A stretch of DNA of 64,000 nt from Corallococcus sp. AB018 (GTDB lineage Bacteria > Myxococcota > Myxococcia > Myxococcales > Myxococcaceae), in the NCBI RefSeq assembly GCF_003986945.1, contig NZ_RAWR01000021.1:1-64000 (forward strand), given 5' to 3'. This document shows positions 61,341-64,000 of the stretch, in pieces. The notes below the pieces were generated by a model, which saw only the letters and a list, made by a program, of their open reading frames with translations, did no database searches and was not told the origin of the DNA. Numbering within the stretch: position 1 is the first letter of the stretch; every line of letters starts with the position of its first letter. Both the position numbers and the translations under genes were made by a program.

Positions 61341-62329
61341 AGGCACCCCTTCCCCGAGCCTCGCTGCGAGACGTCCTGCGCGGGCGCGCTCCGCTGGTGG
61401 GCGCGCGCTTCAACGAGGTGCTGCCGCGCGGCTACCTGTCGCCGGTGGAGGCGCGCTGGCTGCTCGGGCTGCCCTATGGAGACCTCGCCGCCGAGGAGGC
61501 GCGCTATCTCCAGGGCCGCACCCCCGCGACGGACTTCGGCGTGATGTTGCGCACGTCGGTGGCTCGCGCGTTGGCACCGCCCGAGAGCGCCCAGCCCGAA
61601 GTGCGCCCGTTCATCGTCTCCGCCCGCGTGGACAACCTCACGCTCGAACAGGCGGTGGAGCAGCTCTTCACGCAAGGACAAGGTGGCCGCGCGAAGCTGG
61701 TGTCCATCGTGCACCCGCACGCCTTGAACCTGGCGGCACGCGACGTGGCGCTCGCGCAGGCGCTGGCGGAAGCGGACATGGTGCTTCCGGATGGCATTGG
61801 CATCCGGGTGGGCGCGGCGCTGCTCGGCGTGGCCATGCGCCACAACCTCAACGGCACGGACCTGTTGCCGCTGCTCTGCAAGCACGCGCCCGTGCGAGGC
61901 TGGCCCGTGGTGCTCGTGGGGGCGGCCCCCGGCGTGGCGGAGGCCTGCGCGGAGAACCTGCGAAGGGCCCACCCGGGCCTGGAGCTCCCCATCGTCTCGC
62001 ACGGCTTCCTCACCGCCGCTGGCTCCCGCGCGCTGGCGGAGTCCATCTCGCGGCTGGGCCCCTGCCTGGTGCTGGTGGGCATGGGCAGCCCCCGGCAGGA
62101 GCTGTGGGCGCGCGAGTACCTCTCCGGGGCCGCGCAGGCCGTCATCCTCACGGTGGGAGGGCTGTTCGACTTCTACTCGGGCCGGATCCAACGCGCGCCC
62201 ATCGCCTGGCGTGAGCTGGGCTTGGAGTGGATGTATCGCCTGCTCCAGGAGCCCCGCCGGATGGCCGTCCGCTACCTGCTGGGCAATCCGCTCTTCCTGC
62301 TCCGCATCCTCTGGCAGAAGCTGCGGTAG
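61337..62329 (+). CDS. WecB/TagA/CpsF-family glycosyltransferase (GT26)
   Basis: LPDGIGI..., GTDLL, and VGMGSPRQELW motifs characteristic of GT26. Confidence 0.8.
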   Translation: MKAPLPRASLRDVLRGRAPLVGARFNEVLPRGYLSPVEARWLLGLPYGDLAAEEARYLQGRTPATDFGVMLRTSVARALAPPESAQPEVRPFIVSARVDNLTLEQAVEQLFTQGQGGRAKLVSIVHPHALNLAARDVALAQALAEADMVLPDGIGIRVGAALLGVAMRHNLNGTDLLPLLCKHAPVRGWPVVLVGAAPGVAEACAENLRRAHPGLELPIVSHGFLTAAGSRALAESISRLGPCLVLVGMGSPRQELWAREYLSGAAQAVILTVGGLFDFYSGRIQRAPIAWRELGLEWMYRLLQEPRRMAVRYLLGNPLFLLRILWQKLR

Positions 62330-62332
62330 GCC

Positions 62333-63835
62333 TCAGGGCGCGTACGTCGGCACCGCGCCGCCCACCGGAGTGGATGCCGCCGCCGCGAGGCGTGCATCCC
62401 GCCGCCACCAGACGAGCAGCGCCATCCCGGTCCCCAGCAGCGTGACGAGCGCGCAGACGCAGGCGCTCCCCAGCGGACCCCGCGAGGCGAACGGCGCGAG
62501 CCCCCAGCCCACGACGAGCGACACGAGGCCCGCGGCTCCGACCGGGGCCAGTGCCCAGAGCACCTCCCGGACGGTCCACTGGACCAGGGCGCGGACCTTG
62601 CGCCAGACGAGCACGGCGATGACCCCGTTTCCGAGGACGGTGCCTCCGGCGACGGCCCACGCACCGGCGTACCGCACCCCGGCCATGGAGACGGCGACGT
62701 TCAGCGCGTGGCCGATGAGCACCGGGTGGGTCAGGTGCCACGGCGTCTCACCGCTCACGGCCAGGGCCGAGGAAGCGCTCTCCTCGGCGGCCGCGATGAC
62801 CGCCGCGGTGCCCAGGAGGACGACCGCGAGCATGGTGACGGAGTCGTGCGCGAGCGCGCCCACCCAGGCCTCCAGCAGGGCGGTGCCATCCAGGGCCAGC
62901 GCGATGACACCGCTGGAGGCCAGGCCGCCCAGAAGGGCCGTGCCAAGGCGAAGCGCGCTGGCGCGGTGCCGGGCATCTCCGAGGCGATGGATGAGCCATC
63001 CGCCCGCTTGCTTCGCGAAGGCGAGGATCTGCTCCACGGCGCGGGAGGCCACCTGATACGCGCCCACCGAACTCAGGGACGCGGAGCGGGTCAGGATGAG
63101 GACATCCGCGCGGACCGCCGCCGCGATGCCCACGTTCATGGCCAGGGCCGCGGCGCCCTGCCGGAACGCGCTGCGCACCTGGGCCGGATCCGCCGGCCAT
63201 CCAGGACGCAGCGAGAGGTGCGGGTCGATGCGCCTGGACACCGCCGCGAGGAGCAGGAGCTCCAGCGTGGCTCCCGCGAACAGCCCCAGCGCCGGCCCCA
63301 GCAACGAGCGCGTGGTGCCGAGCACCGCCGCCGTCAACGCAATCTGGCTCGCGGCTCCGATGGCGCGCGCCCAGGCGAGCGAGGTGTTGGCGCCCCGCAT
63401 CAGCAGGAACGCACGCAACGGTGCCGCCAGCGAGCCCGCGAGTCCTGCCGCGAGGACCGGAAGCGCGGCGCGGGCCACGTCCGCCCGCAGCGCTTCGGAC
63501 GCGGACGGGAGGTGGAGGAAGAACACGTACGCACAGACGCAGAGACAGGGACAGACGAGCGTCACCACCAGCAGCGTGAGGCGGATGAGCTGGCGCGTGG
63601 CGGCATCGTCCGTTCTGGCCGCCGTGCGTTGGACGGCGATGCTGAGGCCCAGGTCCGACAACCCGAGGAGGAAGCCCGTCGTGCCAAGGACGCCCCAGGC
63701 GCCGAGGCTCTCCGGACCGAGCAGACGCACCACCAGCGCGACCGTCGCCAGCCCCGTCACGATCTGCACCACGTGCCGAGCGCACGACGCGAGCACGTCG
63801 ACGCTCATCCTCAGGAGCGATCTCTCAGGGGCCAT
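62333..63835 (-). CDS. Polysaccharide biosynthesis / Wzx-type flippase (MOP superfamily) membrane protein
   Basis: 12-14 predicted TM segments with a Wzx-like profile. Start may be the internal Met at about 63808. Confidence 0.7.
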   Translation of the reverse strand: MAPERSLLRMSVDVLASCARHVVQIVTGLATVALVVRLLGPESLGAWGVLGTTGFLLGLSDLGLSIAVQRTAARTDDAATRQLIRLTLLVVTLVCPCLCVCAYVFFLHLPSASEALRADVARAALPVLAAGLAGSLAAPLRAFLLMRGANTSLAWARAIGAASQIALTAAVLGTTRSLLGPALGLFAGATLELLLLAAVSRRIDPHLSLRPGWPADPAQVRSAFRQGAAALAMNVGIAAAVRADVLILTRSASLSSVGAYQVASRAVEQILAFAKQAGGWLIHRLGDARHRASALRLGTALLGGLASSGVIALALDGTALLEAWVGALAHDSVTMLAVVLLGTAAVIAAAEESASSALAVSGETPWHLTHPVLIGHALNVAVSMAGVRYAGAWAVAGGTVLGNGVIAVLVWRKVRALVQWTVREVLWALAPVGAAGLVSLVVGWGLAPFASRGPLGSACVCALVTLLGTGMALLVWWRRDARLAAAASTPVGGAVPTYAP

Positions 63836-63890
63836 GCACCCCTGACCATTGCAGCCCGTATGCCGTAGCGCGTGGGCCGACGCGGTGGCT

Positions 63891-64000
63891 CAGCCCCGGG
63901 ACTTCACGGCGCGGACGCCGATGACGACTTCGTAGTGGGGGTCATGCACGTCGAGGTCGGCGGTTCGCAGGTCCTCCCGAGCCAGGCCGTGCAGGGTCGC
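63891..64000 (-). CDS. 3' end of a truncated CDS (product unknown) running off the window
   Basis: Open frame ...LHGLAREDLRTADLDVHDPHYEVVIGVRAVKSRG followed by a stop. Confidence 0.3.

Overview
High-GC (about 68-70%) myxobacterial chromosome segment, Myxococcus-like. From memory, the gene order romR-like response regulator / CheW-like / REC-GGDEF / EncC-like encapsulin cargo / hybrid kinase / orphan groEL with CIRCE resembles the M. xanthus MXAN_4461-4467 neighbourhood. The window holds housekeeping genes (phhA-like, nadC, valS, groEL2), signalling genes, and a eukaryote-type major vault protein (MVP) homologue that lies upstream, on the same strand, of a lipoprotein gene and a MYXO-CTERM-tagged zinc metallopeptidase gene. 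It also holds an EncC-like ferritin-like encapsulin cargo gene with no shell gene nearby. A tRNA-Sec (selC) gene has its 3' 66 nt repeated about 3.35 kb downstream. The repeats bracket a low-GC islet encoding a lipoprotein polymorphic toxin with a C-terminal WHH nuclease-type domain, plus putative immunity genes, and no integrase. Two tandemly duplicated giant lipoprotein genes carry a Kelch beta-propeller, myxo-type Cys-rich repeats and about 14-20 copies of a 36-aa four-Cys repeat. An approximately 18.5-kb Wzx/Wzy-type polysaccharide biosynthesis cluster (GT4/GT2/GT26, PCP, Wzy, Wzx, PIG-L deacetylase, acyltransferase) has an NtrC-type sigma54 activator embedded in it. Many long ORFs in the six-frame track are antisense or alternate-frame artefacts of the GC bias and are rejected below. 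Coding strands were chosen by recognisable domain content. All coordinates and starts are read by eye from the sequence and ORF track; no search or structure computation was run.
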